Source: an archaeon (GTDB taxonomy: Archaea; Iainarchaeota; Iainarchaeia; Iainarchaeales; Iainarchaeaceae). Taken from it: a stretch of DNA of 18,859 bases. The DNA lies in the NCBI GenBank assembly GCA_038046625.1, contig JBBSVV010000039.1, forward strand, positions 1 through 18,859, in the 5' to 3' direction. This document shows, piece after piece, positions 7,215 through 15,787 of this stretch. Position 1 is the first letter of the stretch; each line of letters starts with the position of its first letter. The translations under genes and the position numbers were made by a program. The notes beneath the pieces were generated by a model. It was not told the origin of the DNA and made no database searches. It was given only the letters and a program-made list of their open reading frames with translations.

Positions 7215-8789
7215 ATGTTTGAGGAAATCCGGAAAGAAAACAAAGTGACCATCCTCGCATTGGCATTGCTTGTGTTGATAAGTTTTGGGCTCTCTCTTTC
7301 CCTGCTTTCCTGGGGCCTCCCATATTACCTGCATCCCGACGAACAATTCGTTGTGACTAATACCATGCGCATGGCGGAAAACAGGTTATTGCCGACCAAC
7401 TCAATATACCCGCCTTTAATGTTTTACACCCACCTGTCGCTGTATGGCTCGTATTTTCTCATGCTAAAAGCTACGGGGGAAGTTTCAAGCCTATCGGATT
7501 TTGCGGATTTTTACCATTCAAACCAAAGCAATTTTTTCATGATTTCCAGGGGCCTGACTATCCTTGCATCCATGCTGATTTTAATCCTGGTTTTTGTATT
7601 TGCCAGGAAAATTTCAAATAATTCCGCCGCCGGGCTTTTAGCCTCTTTTTTTCTGGTCATTTCACCGGGTTTTCTGGCGTCCTCAACACTGATAAAAGCG
7701 GATATTTTTATTGCGCTGTTCCTCCTGCTTGCGATGTATTGGCTCATCGCCAAAAACCGGCAAAACGGAAAAATCGCCGAAACTGAAAAAAAAGGAAAAC
7801 CGCATTGGATCGCCCTTTTTACCGCGCTCGCATTCAGCCTTAATTATTACGGCGTTTTCATAGTCCCGATAATTGTTGTGGGTTTTTTATTGCTGAAACA
7901 GCGGGACATGGTAGCGCCATACCTGAAAAAAGTCGTCATTTTCGGCGTTGCACTTAATTTCCTTTTTTTACTGAACTTCACACAGGGCATAAAAGACATT
8001 TTGCATGTGCTCAGCATGGTTAAGGACAGAACAGCTTCCCTGTGCATCCCATTCTGGGAGGGAAACCAATTTTTCGGATTGTGGGATGGCTTCGGCGCCC
8101 CATTGTTATTCGCGGCCGCCGGGCTTGTTTACTTTTGGAGACAAAAGAGGACTGATTACAGGCTATTGGGGGTTTCAAGCCTTTTGTTTTTATTTTTCCT
8201 GTTTTTGATATCGGCCAGGGAACCAAGGTACTCAATTGCGGTTTATCCCCTTGTTGCAATTCTGGCCGGCGCGGCAATCATGAAACTTTACGGATACCTG
8301 GCGGGCAAATACAAGTCAAACTATTTCAAAGCGGCCTTTGTTCTTGTTCTGGGCCTGTCATTAATTCCGCCGATCCAAGCGACATACGGCCTTGTAACAA
8401 ACCAGGACACGCGCTTTGTGTCGGCCGACTGGATAAAAGAAAATATTCCGATGGACCGCGTTATAGCGACTGAAACGTATGGCCCCACGCTGGACAGCTA
8501 TTTTTACTACACCTGGGGTTACACCGGGAAAGACCCTTATGACGGCGAGGGCTATTACCTGATAAAAGATTATTATATAACCGACAAAAATTTTTACGCT
8601 GCGGATTACATCATATTATCCAGCCTTGCATCGGATAAAACCAAGTATTTTTGCGACAAAAAACCGCTGGAAACATACGGCGCCATCAGGAGCTGCCCGC
8701 TAATCGGCTCCTGGCGCGCGGAACCCGCAAATTTCTGGTTCCATAACCCCGTTATTAATATGTATTCAAATTGCTTAAAGCCCGCGTGA
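7215..8789 (+). CDS. GT-C fold membrane glycosyltransferase (ArnT/PMT-like, GT39/83)
   Basis: WGLP...HPDE first-loop motif, YPPL, SR, KADI, EPRY and DTRFVSADWIKENIP; multiple TM segments; GGTGG before the ATG. Confidence 0.8.
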   Translation: MFEEIRKENKVTILALALLVLISFGLSLSLLSWGLPYYLHPDEQFVVTNTMRMAENRLLPTNSIYPPLMFYTHLSLYGSYFLMLKATGEVSSLSDFADFYHSNQSNFFMISRGLTILASMLILILVFVFARKISNNSAAGLLASFFLVISPGFLASSTLIKADIFIALFLLLAMYWLIAKNRQNGKIAETEKKGKPHWIALFTALAFSLNYYGVFIVPIIVVGFLLLKQRDMVAPYLKKVVIFGVALNFLFLLNFTQGIKDILHVLSMVKDRTASLCIPFWEGNQFFGLWDGFGAPLLFAAAGLVYFWRQKRTDYRLLGVSSLLFLFFLFLISAREPRYSIAVYPLVAILAGAAIMKLYGYLAGKYKSNYFKAAFVLVLGLSLIPPIQATYGLVTNQDTRFVSADWIKENIPMDRVIATETYGPTLDSYFYYTWGYTGKDPYDGEGYYLIKDYYITDKNFYAADYIILSSLASDKTKYFCDKKPLETYGAIRSCPLIGSWRAEPANFWFHNPVINMYSNCLKPA

Positions 8790-8795
8790 ATGCTT

Positions 8796-8833
8796 TATAG
8801 CTGGCCAATAAAATAATTCTGTGATATTTTTGG
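8796..8833 (+). repeat. Solo, degenerate left arm of the MITE-like family
   Basis: TATAGCTGGCCAATAAAATAATTCTGTGATATTT matches 908-941 at 27/34. It is enclosed by an 8-bp inverted repeat AATGCTTT/AAAGCATT (8789-8796/8835-8842). Confidence 0.75.
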
Positions 8834-8872
8834 CAAAGCATTGCCGTTGGCGGGAGGCCGGAGAAAGCGGTT

Positions 8873-10105
8873 TTATTGTTTGCCGATAATTTTTACTTCC
8901 GGCAAAGGGACAATAAATTTTCCGCCGTTTTTTATGAAATCGCCCTCTTTTTTCAGTATGGTTTCGGTATACCCGCCATAAGCCAAAAGAAGCGCATAAT
9001 CCGGATTTTCTTTTCTGAACCTGTCCACAGGTATGATTGGTATGTGTGTGCCCGGGGTAAACTTATTCTGCCTCAGGGGGGAATCGTCCACAATATAATC
9101 CAAAATCCCCGTGCCTATTTTGCAGTAGTTCAATAATGTGTTGCCGCGGGCGGGGGCGCCATACCCCACAATTGTTTTGTCGCCCGATTTTAATGAGTGC
9201 AAAAGTTTTGTCAATTCCTTTCTGCGCTTCTCCACCTTGTTTCCGAATTCCATGTATGTTTCAAGCTTGTCAAGCCCGTGTTTCTTTTCCTCTTTCAGGA
9301 GTTCCTGCACTGCCGGTTTTACCTTTCTTTTTGAATTGCCGCAGTAAACGCGTATGGATCCGCCGTGCGTTTTGATGCGCTTTGCGTCAAACACCCGCAG
9401 GCCATATTTTCCCAGATACGGTATCAGCGGGTGCAGTGAGTAATAACATAAATGCTCGTGGTACACATCGTCATACTGGAGATTTTCAACGGTATCAAGG
9501 AGGTAGTGGTTCTCGAAAATAAAAACCCCGTCTTCCTTCAGAAGAACCTTTATCCCCCGGAGTATTTCATCAAGGTCATCAATGTGGGCGAACACATTGT
9601 TGGCGACAACCATGTCCGCTTTCCCGAGCTTTTCAACAATGCCGCTGGCCACCTTTTCAGTGAAAAAATCATTTATGGTTTCCAGGCCCATTTCATTCGC
9701 CATTTTGGCTATGTTTTCCGCGGGTTCAACTCCTATTGCCTTTACCCCGCACAGTTCTTTGAGGGGTTTAAGCATCATGCCGATGTTGGAACCGATTTCT
9801 ACCAATAGTGACTTGCCATTCAAACCGAATTCTGCCGTTATTTCTTTTGCATAACCCGTGAAGTGCGGGGAAAGAACGGAATGCGGGGCATAAAAGTATT
9901 GTGAAAAAAGCTTGTCCTTTGGGACAACATCAAGGACCTGGACCAGGGCGCAGTTTTTGCAGAAAAAAACACCGAGCGGAAAATAATCCTCCTTTTCCGC
10001 CAATTGTTCCGAAGTAAGGAATTTTCCGGCCAATGGCTGTGGCCCCAATTCCAAAAATTTATGCAAATCCCTGCTCTTGCAGAGCCTGCAACTGCTATTT
10101 TTCAT
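8873..10105 (-). CDS. SAM-dependent NDP-hexose C-methyltransferase (TylCIII/TcaB9/NovU-like)
   Basis: N-terminal zinc motif CRLC...CKNC, LGPQPLA, EIGSNIG SAM motif, NVFAHI, YHEHLCYY, THGGSIR and YGAPARGNTLL. ATG 10105 overlaps the end of the upstream gene. Confidence 0.9.
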   Translation of the reverse strand: MKNSSCRLCKSRDLHKFLELGPQPLAGKFLTSEQLAEKEDYFPLGVFFCKNCALVQVLDVVPKDKLFSQYFYAPHSVLSPHFTGYAKEITAEFGLNGKSLLVEIGSNIGMMLKPLKELCGVKAIGVEPAENIAKMANEMGLETINDFFTEKVASGIVEKLGKADMVVANNVFAHIDDLDEILRGIKVLLKEDGVFIFENHYLLDTVENLQYDDVYHEHLCYYSLHPLIPYLGKYGLRVFDAKRIKTHGGSIRVYCGNSKRKVKPAVQELLKEEKKHGLDKLETYMEFGNKVEKRRKELTKLLHSLKSGDKTIVGYGAPARGNTLLNYCKIGTGILDYIVDDSPLRQNKFTPGTHIPIIPVDRFRKENPDYALLLAYGGYTETILKKEGDFIKNGGKFIVPLPEVKIIGKQ

Positions 10106-11030
10106 AGTAATCAACTGTCCTCGATATGCCTTCCTGAATTGATGTTGTGGGCTCAAAGTTCAGCCTTTTCTTGATTTTTTCAATTCCGGCAACCATGTGC
10201 TTCATTTCCCCGGGACGTTCTTTCTCGTGGTTTATTTTTGGTTTCTTTTTCATTTTGTCCGAGATAGTGCCAATCAACTGGCTTATTGAAACGCTTTGGC
10301 CCATTGCAACATTGAATGTTTCCCCGAACACGGAAGTGTCATCGGTATTTGCCGCGAGGAGGTTTGCCTGCACGACATCCGCGACAAAAGTGAACGGCCT
10401 TGTGCTGCTGCCGTCTCCATAAACGGTTATCGGTTCTCCGGCCCTGATTTTTTGGATAAACGTGTTGACAACCCCGACATCAACCGCCTGTCTCGGGCCA
10501 TAAACACTCGCATAACGGAAAATGATTGCCGGGAGATTATACTGGCGATGCCACAGCCTGCAGTATTCCTCACATGAATACTTGCTTACCCCATAAGGGT
10601 TGGTCGGTACAATTTCGGACTCTTCCGTGCTCCGGGCCTCCTTAGGGCTGCCGTATACCGCAATGGTTGAAGCCATGATAAATCTCCTGGCGCTGTTATC
10701 GGACGCCCATTTCAGCATATTTAATGTGCCGTATATGTTGGTCAGGAGGTCTTCGCGCGGCTGCTTTACGCTGAAGACCATCTTTTTTCCGGCGTGGTGG
10801 AAAACACAGCCAATGCCTTTGAAGGCCATTTTTTCCAGGTCTCCGGTCTTTGTGATATCCCCTTCAAAAAAATCAAAATTAGGGTTGCCAATAAATTGTG
10901 ACATATTGCCCCTGTTGCCGGTTGACAGGTTATCAAGCCCCATTACTTTCCAGCCCTCGGATAAAAGCCTCTCGCATAAATGAGACCCTATAAAACCCGC
11001 ACAACCGGTTACCAGCCCAATTTTACCCAT
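10095..11030 (-). CDS. NAD-dependent epimerase/dehydratase family SDR
   Basis: Motifs GCAGFIGSHL, DNLSTG, ASTIAVYG, YGVSK, RYASVYGPRQ and GDGSSTRPFTFVAD. The probable start is ATG 11030. Confidence 0.88.
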   Translation of the reverse strand: MGKIGLVTGCAGFIGSHLCERLLSEGWKVMGLDNLSTGNRGNMSQFIGNPNFDFFEGDITKTGDLEKMAFKGIGCVFHHAGKKMVFSVKQPREDLLTNIYGTLNMLKWASDNSARRFIMASTIAVYGSPKEARSTEESEIVPTNPYGVSKYSCEEYCRLWHRQYNLPAIIFRYASVYGPRQAVDVGVVNTFIQKIRAGEPITVYGDGSSTRPFTFVADVVQANLLAANTDDTSVFGETFNVAMGQSVSISQLIGTISDKMKKKPKINHEKERPGEMKHMVAGIEKIKKRLNFEPTTSIQEGISRTVDYYEK

Positions 11031-11052
11031 AAACACCAACTAAAAAAATCCG

Positions 11053-12192
11053 TTACCGAAAATCTTTTAATACCCTTAAAACCCCGGCATTACAGGCATC
11101 CCGCGTATATTTGGTTTTAATTATGGCGGCGTTATTTTTAGCCTTGAGCCTGAATGGGCCGAAATTTTTTAATATCCTTTCGAGATTTTCCGCCAGCTCT
11201 TTCCAGTTGTCCGACCGGAACCCGACGTCGTTCTCGGAAAAGAATTTTTGGAAGCTCTCATTATTTGCGGGGGTTTTCACGACTACGGGGAGCCCACAGG
11301 CCATGTATTCAAGTATTTTAACCGGGACCGCAAATAATTCGAACCCTTCCCAGAAATCAATTCCAATGTCTGCAGCGGACAGGTAACGGTACACTTCCGA
11401 GTGGGGTATGTTTTTAACCAACAGGAAATTGTCTTTTAGCCCGAGCTGTTTCACAGTGGATTCAATCTCGGCAATGCGGCCCATGGCAACCGGTGTTTCA
11501 TCAGAAGCGATTACAAACAGGATGGTTGCCGAAGTTTTTTTTATTATGGCGGCGCTTTCCCGGAGAAAATCCAGGTAACGCTCATCCCCGAGGCCGCCCA
11601 AATAAATGAGCACCCTCGAACCCGCGCTTATCCCTAATTTTTTGCGGATTTTTTTCCCTTCGGCCAAATCCGCATGGACAAGTTTTGTATCCACCCCGTT
11701 CGGCGCGACCAAAATTTTGCTTTCAGGGATGGAATACCTTTTTTCAAGCCACTTGCCTATGGTTGAATCCAGCACCAGTATTTTGTCGGAATTCCTGTGG
11801 ACAAGCATTTCCATTAAGGCATAAATCCGGAACTTCACAATTTTTTTATTCGAGATGCCGAGCTTTGCGGCAGTCTGTGTAAAAATGTCCTTTGAATCCA
11901 GGACAAACCTTTTTCTTTTCAGTTTGCATGCGAGCATTGCAAAAAAAGTGTGGGTTATGGGCGGGGAAGTACCGATTAAAACATCAAAATCTGTTTTCCA
12001 AAGAAGTTCAACCAAACCAAGGATTCCGCGGTACCTCACAATGTTTTCCCGTGATTCCAGGCCCCCGCGTGCCGGGGAAAATATTTTCACATCATTGCCT
12101 TTTGAGGTGAAATAACCGGAAAAACTGTTTACCCGCACAATTGCCGCCCCTTTTTCGGGATTTGCATAAGGGCTCACAAGGCATATCTTCAT
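11053..12192 (-). CDS. Glycosyltransferase family 4
   Basis: Motifs MKICLVSPY, TSPP, PNGVD and PVKILEYMACGLPVV. ATGA overlap with the upstream gene and a GGGGTGA RBS-like motif. Confidence 0.88.
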   Translation of the reverse strand: MKICLVSPYANPEKGAAIVRVNSFSGYFTSKGNDVKIFSPARGGLESRENIVRYRGILGLVELLWKTDFDVLIGTSPPITHTFFAMLACKLKRKRFVLDSKDIFTQTAAKLGISNKKIVKFRIYALMEMLVHRNSDKILVLDSTIGKWLEKRYSIPESKILVAPNGVDTKLVHADLAEGKKIRKKLGISAGSRVLIYLGGLGDERYLDFLRESAAIIKKTSATILFVIASDETPVAMGRIAEIESTVKQLGLKDNFLLVKNIPHSEVYRYLSAADIGIDFWEGFELFAVPVKILEYMACGLPVVVKTPANNESFQKFFSENDVGFRSDNWKELAENLERILKNFGPFRLKAKNNAAIIKTKYTRDACNAGVLRVLKDFR

Positions 12193-13556
12193 TTTGCGTC
12201 ACCCCTGAATATTGTTAAAATAAATTTCGGGTTGGACAAAATTTTTTTTGCAAGGTCAATGTCTGCATCATCAAAAAACAGCATTTCCCTTATGGAATAT
12301 TTTTCGCCGGAAATCTTTTTCATAAACCTGTTTTTCAGGGCTACATCAAGCAGGGGCGTAAAAACATTGTTCATCGCCATCCCCATGAGCCCGAAATAAA
12401 AAGTAAAAACCGAGCCAAGCACAAGCGTTGATGCAAGCATGGCGGCGGAAATTATTGTGAGGCTCTTCTGGGCCTTAAGGTTAAAGAACAGGGGTTTCAT
12501 GGGCATATTCAGTATGAACAGGACTACTGTGAGAAGCAGCACCCTGAAAACACCGGCATATTCGGCAAAATCCGGCCCCAGGACAAGATCCAAAACCGCT
12601 TCGGAAAAAACGAATGCAATGAAGAGAAAAGGGATTGAAATGAAAAGAATGTATTTCGTTGCCCTGAAAATCAGTTTTCTCGAGTCATCAAAACGCCCGA
12701 ACTTGTTTACAAGCGGGTAAAATATTGTTTCAAGGGGCTCGAAAACCCTCATAATCAGGACCTGCACTTTGAGCAATGCGCCGTAAACCCCTACTGCATT
12801 TACCCCCAAAAAGAATTCCACTATCCACGGGGAAATGTTCGACTCAATGCTCCTCAGCTGTGAAAATGCCGCGACCCACTTGCCGTGCTTTTTTGCCATC
12901 TCAAAAAACGCCATCGGGTTTGAACGCATCCTTGCAATTTCCAGGATTTCCTTCGGGACAAAAAGCAGGAAAATCAGTATTGTTAAAATGCCGCTTACGA
13001 TAAAGGCCTGCAGAATGCCTTCGACAGTTCCTGAAATAAATGCGACAAATATGTAAACAAGAACAAGCTTTGAGAGCGCATCGACAAAAAGGAAGGACGC
13101 ATACTTCCCGAAATCGGCCACAATGTGGAAAGCGCTCGTGACAATTGTCTTGGCTCCGCTGATAAACACCAAAACAGCGATGAACCGGATTACTGGCGCC
13201 ACGTCTTTCCCAAAATAAGCGGAAACATGGCCGGAGAAAAAAAACATTATGCCTGCGAGAATGCCGGTTGAAAAGAATATGAAAATAATGTACCCTAAAA
13301 ACAATCCCGATGCCTGTTCTTTGTTGTTTTGCTGCAGTTCCTTTGAGACATCCGAAACAATGGCCTTCCCGAAACCAAGTTCCATGAAAAAGGTTGCGAC
13401 GGAAAGGGCTGACAGCGCCAGCGTCAACAGGCCAAAGCCGTACGTTCCGAGGGCATTCAGCATCACAAGGAACGCCGCAAAATTAATGACGGAAGTTAAT
13501 ATGTTATTCCCGGAAATTATTGCCGCGTATTTGAATATTTCCCGCAAAGCGTTCAT
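12189..13556 (-). CDS. Oligosaccharide flippase (Wzx / polysaccharide biosynthesis family)
   Basis: 455 aa with about 12 hydrophobic segments and Wzx-type motifs LGTYGFGL, LG...VGVY, FYP and FGLMGMA; glycosylation context. Confidence 0.85.
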   Translation of the reverse strand: MNALREIFKYAAIISGNNILTSVINFAAFLVMLNALGTYGFGLLTLALSALSVATFFMELGFGKAIVSDVSKELQQNNKEQASGLFLGYIIFIFFSTGILAGIMFFFSGHVSAYFGKDVAPVIRFIAVLVFISGAKTIVTSAFHIVADFGKYASFLFVDALSKLVLVYIFVAFISGTVEGILQAFIVSGILTILIFLLFVPKEILEIARMRSNPMAFFEMAKKHGKWVAAFSQLRSIESNISPWIVEFFLGVNAVGVYGALLKVQVLIMRVFEPLETIFYPLVNKFGRFDDSRKLIFRATKYILFISIPFLFIAFVFSEAVLDLVLGPDFAEYAGVFRVLLLTVVLFILNMPMKPLFFNLKAQKSLTIISAAMLASTLVLGSVFTFYFGLMGMAMNNVFTPLLDVALKNRFMKKISGEKYSIREMLFFDDADIDLAKKILSNPKFILTIFRGDAK

Positions 13557-13591
13557 GTGAAAAGCCCTAGTTTGGCCTTAGAAAAGTTTTT

Positions 13592-14560
13592 CTAAGCCAG
13601 CTGTTTTCTCCAATACTCCAGGAGGTCTTTCAATGTTCTGTCAAGCGGTATCTCCGGCTTCCAGCCTGTCCGCCTGCCGAACTTGCTGTAGTCGCCCAAA
13701 AGCTCTTTCACATCAGACGGCCTCAGCCTTTCCGGGTCCTCTTTTACCGAAATTTTTTTGTCGGTCAAAGAGAGAAGCTTGTCCAGTATGGACTGCATCG
13801 TGTGGGTTTGCCCCGAACAGATGTTGTAGGCTTCTCCGGGCTCGCATTTTTCGATTGCCATCCAGTATGCCCTGACCATGTCCCTGACATCCGTAAAATC
13901 CCTTTTCGATGTGAGCGAGCCCACCATAAGCACCGGCTCCTGGGTGCCTTTCTCAATTTCCGCTATCTGCTTTGCCCAGTTCGAGGTGACAAAAACTTCC
14001 CCCCTTCTCGGTCCTGTGTGGTTGAAGGCGCGCGTCCTTATTATTTTGAGGCCATAACTCTGGTGGTACTGGTACCCAAGGAGGTCCATTGATGCCTTGC
14101 TCACTCCATAAGGGCTGAGCGGCCTGAAAGGATTCGATTCCGTTATCGGTATCTCGTTTGCATACACTGCCCCATAAGTTTCACTGCTCGATGCAATCTG
14201 CACCTTTATGCCGGGGTTAACCTCCCTGATTGCCTCGAAGATGTTCAACGCACCCATGATGTTTGTTTCAAGGGTTTCCCTTGGTGACTTCCACGATTCC
14301 GGCACGAAGGACTGGGCCGCCAGATGAAAAATATAATCGGGGTCGATTTCCTTTATTGTCCGCTTGACCACAAAATAATCCGTGATATCGCACTTCACGA
14401 GATTCAGCTTGTCTTTGACATGCATGATGTTTGAGAGGTCCGTGCTCTTCCCCCTGTAAGTCCCGTGGATCTCTCCAAGCTTGTTGTTCAAAATGTACTC
14501 TGTGAGGTGTGAACCCGCAAATCCCGTTATTCCCGTAATTAGAATTTTTGCTTTTTTCAT
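13592..14560 (-). CDS. GDP-mannose 4,6-dehydratase / GDP-4-keto-6-deoxymannose reductase (Gmd/Rmd) family
   Basis: Motifs ITGITGFAGSHL, HLAAQSFV, SSSETYG, SPYGVSK, FNHTGPRRG.FV and RDFTDVRD; AGGAGG upstream. Gmd versus Rmd cannot be resolved by eye. Confidence 0.85.
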   Translation of the reverse strand: MKKAKILITGITGFAGSHLTEYILNNKLGEIHGTYRGKSTDLSNIMHVKDKLNLVKCDITDYFVVKRTIKEIDPDYIFHLAAQSFVPESWKSPRETLETNIMGALNIFEAIREVNPGIKVQIASSSETYGAVYANEIPITESNPFRPLSPYGVSKASMDLLGYQYHQSYGLKIIRTRAFNHTGPRRGEVFVTSNWAKQIAEIEKGTQEPVLMVGSLTSKRDFTDVRDMVRAYWMAIEKCEPGEAYNICSGQTHTMQSILDKLLSLTDKKISVKEDPERLRPSDVKELLGDYSKFGRRTGWKPEIPLDRTLKDLLEYWRKQLA

Positions 14561-14585
14561 TTTTTACCCGCCCCTCCTTAGACTA

Positions 14586-14726
14586 TATGGCAAACCAATA
14601 AAGTAATTCGGTGGATTTTCATGGTTTGCTATCTAGCACCTTGCAGAGCAAAGCTCTGCGAGGCCTCGTACCCTGCGGGTACAAGGAACCGCCATAAATG
14701 CCGAAAAACTTTCGTGGCCTGCTATA
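14586..14726. mobile_element. TA-bounded MITE-like palindromic element, full copy 2 (core orientation B, inverted)
   Basis: Ends TATGGCAAACCA / TGGCCTGCTATA. Arms are direct repeats of copy 1, while core 14627-14686 aligns to the reverse complement of 949-1009. Confidence 0.75.
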
Positions 14727-14746
14727 GAACTAACTGATAATGTATT

Positions 14747-15787
14747 TTAATTCTTGGTTATCCTGCCGGCCAGTGCCAGGAATCTCCGCCTGAATTTCCC
14801 GAAACCAAACTTTTCAGCCACCAAAGCAGCGGTGCTTGGCCTGCTTTTTTTGCCAAGAACCCTGTCAATTGCCCTGCACCATTCCCCGGCTTCCATTGAA
14901 GACACTTTCTCCAGGCCATCAGCCCTTATTTCCCTGACCACGCCTACATTGCCTGAAATGACTGGTGTGTTGCATGACAATGCTTCTATTGGTACAAAGC
15001 CAAAACCTTCGAACCTGGACGGGAAAACAACGAAATCCGCGGCCGCGTAATACAATGCCAGCTCCTCCCTTTCACTGACAGAAACCCCCGTGATGTTTTT
15101 CACCGTGCTCTTGGTTTTCGGGAAAGTGATTGAAACAAAACCTATTTCAGGCCTCAGCCCGGCGATTTTTTCCAGCAGGTCAAAGCCTTTCTGGTATTCA
15201 GGCCGGCCCACGAACAAGCCGATTGTTTTTCCAGCGCCCAGGCCGAGCTTTTCCCTCGCCTTTTTCATGTCCCTCGCCTTAAAAGTTTTCGTGTCCACGG
15301 GATTGGGTATAACCTCCGAACCGATACCGTAATATTTTTTGTTCAGTTCTTTTGTGAGCCCCGAATTCGAGACCACCAAAGAGGCGTTCCCGGCACTCAT
15401 TTTTTCAAAGAAAGCGTAAATGAACCTTGTCCGGCAAAACTCCAGCCCCGGCTTTATTGCGTTGTCCGCGAGGCCAGCGAATGTGCCGTGTGAAATATTT
15501 ATTATCGGGCAGCCTGTGTCCCGCTCCTTTAGGTTCCATCCGAACATGCCGTTGGTGATAACCAGGTCCGGCTTCAGTGTGCCGATATTTTCCTTTAAAA
15601 ATGAGCAAACCGCCCCGGCTTTCATCGGTTCCTTCAGCGGAGAGAACCATTCAAGCGCGCCCGGCTTCACCATGCCATAACTTATTATTTTCATTCCGGG
15701 AAAAACTTTTTTCAGGTACCCGTTGTATGTCTCCACTCCGGCCTTCACTTTTGGGTCAGTGGTAGCGGTCAAAAGGATAACATTCAT
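14747..15787 (-). CDS. Glycosyltransferase family 4
   Basis: Motifs AGVET, SHGT, PNPVD, FVGRPEYQKG and PSRFEGFGFVPIEA (EX7E). ATG 15787 forms an ATGA overlap. Confidence 0.9.
   Translation of the reverse strand: MNVILLTATTDPKVKAGVETYNGYLKKVFPGMKIISYGMVKPGALEWFSPLKEPMKAGAVCSFLKENIGTLKPDLVITNGMFGWNLKERDTGCPIINISHGTFAGLADNAIKPGLEFCRTRFIYAFFEKMSAGNASLVVSNSGLTKELNKKYYGIGSEVIPNPVDTKTFKARDMKKAREKLGLGAGKTIGLFVGRPEYQKGFDLLEKIAGLRPEIGFVSITFPKTKSTVKNITGVSVSEREELALYYAAADFVVFPSRFEGFGFVPIEALSCNTPVISGNVGVVREIRADGLEKVSSMEAGEWCRAIDRVLGKKSRPSTAALVAEKFGFGKFRRRFLALAGRITKN

Noticed and set aside
10106..10156. N-terminal extension of the methyltransferase ORF
   Set aside because: It overlaps the upstream SDR gene; ATG 10105 directly precedes the CxxC motif and is the better start.
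908..14726. CRISPR array or classical integron attC array as the explanation for the repeats
   Set aside because: There is no regular repeat-spacer periodicity and no cas gene. The elements lack attC-type RYYYAAC...GTTRRRY ends, flanking genes are not co-oriented, and no integrase is present.
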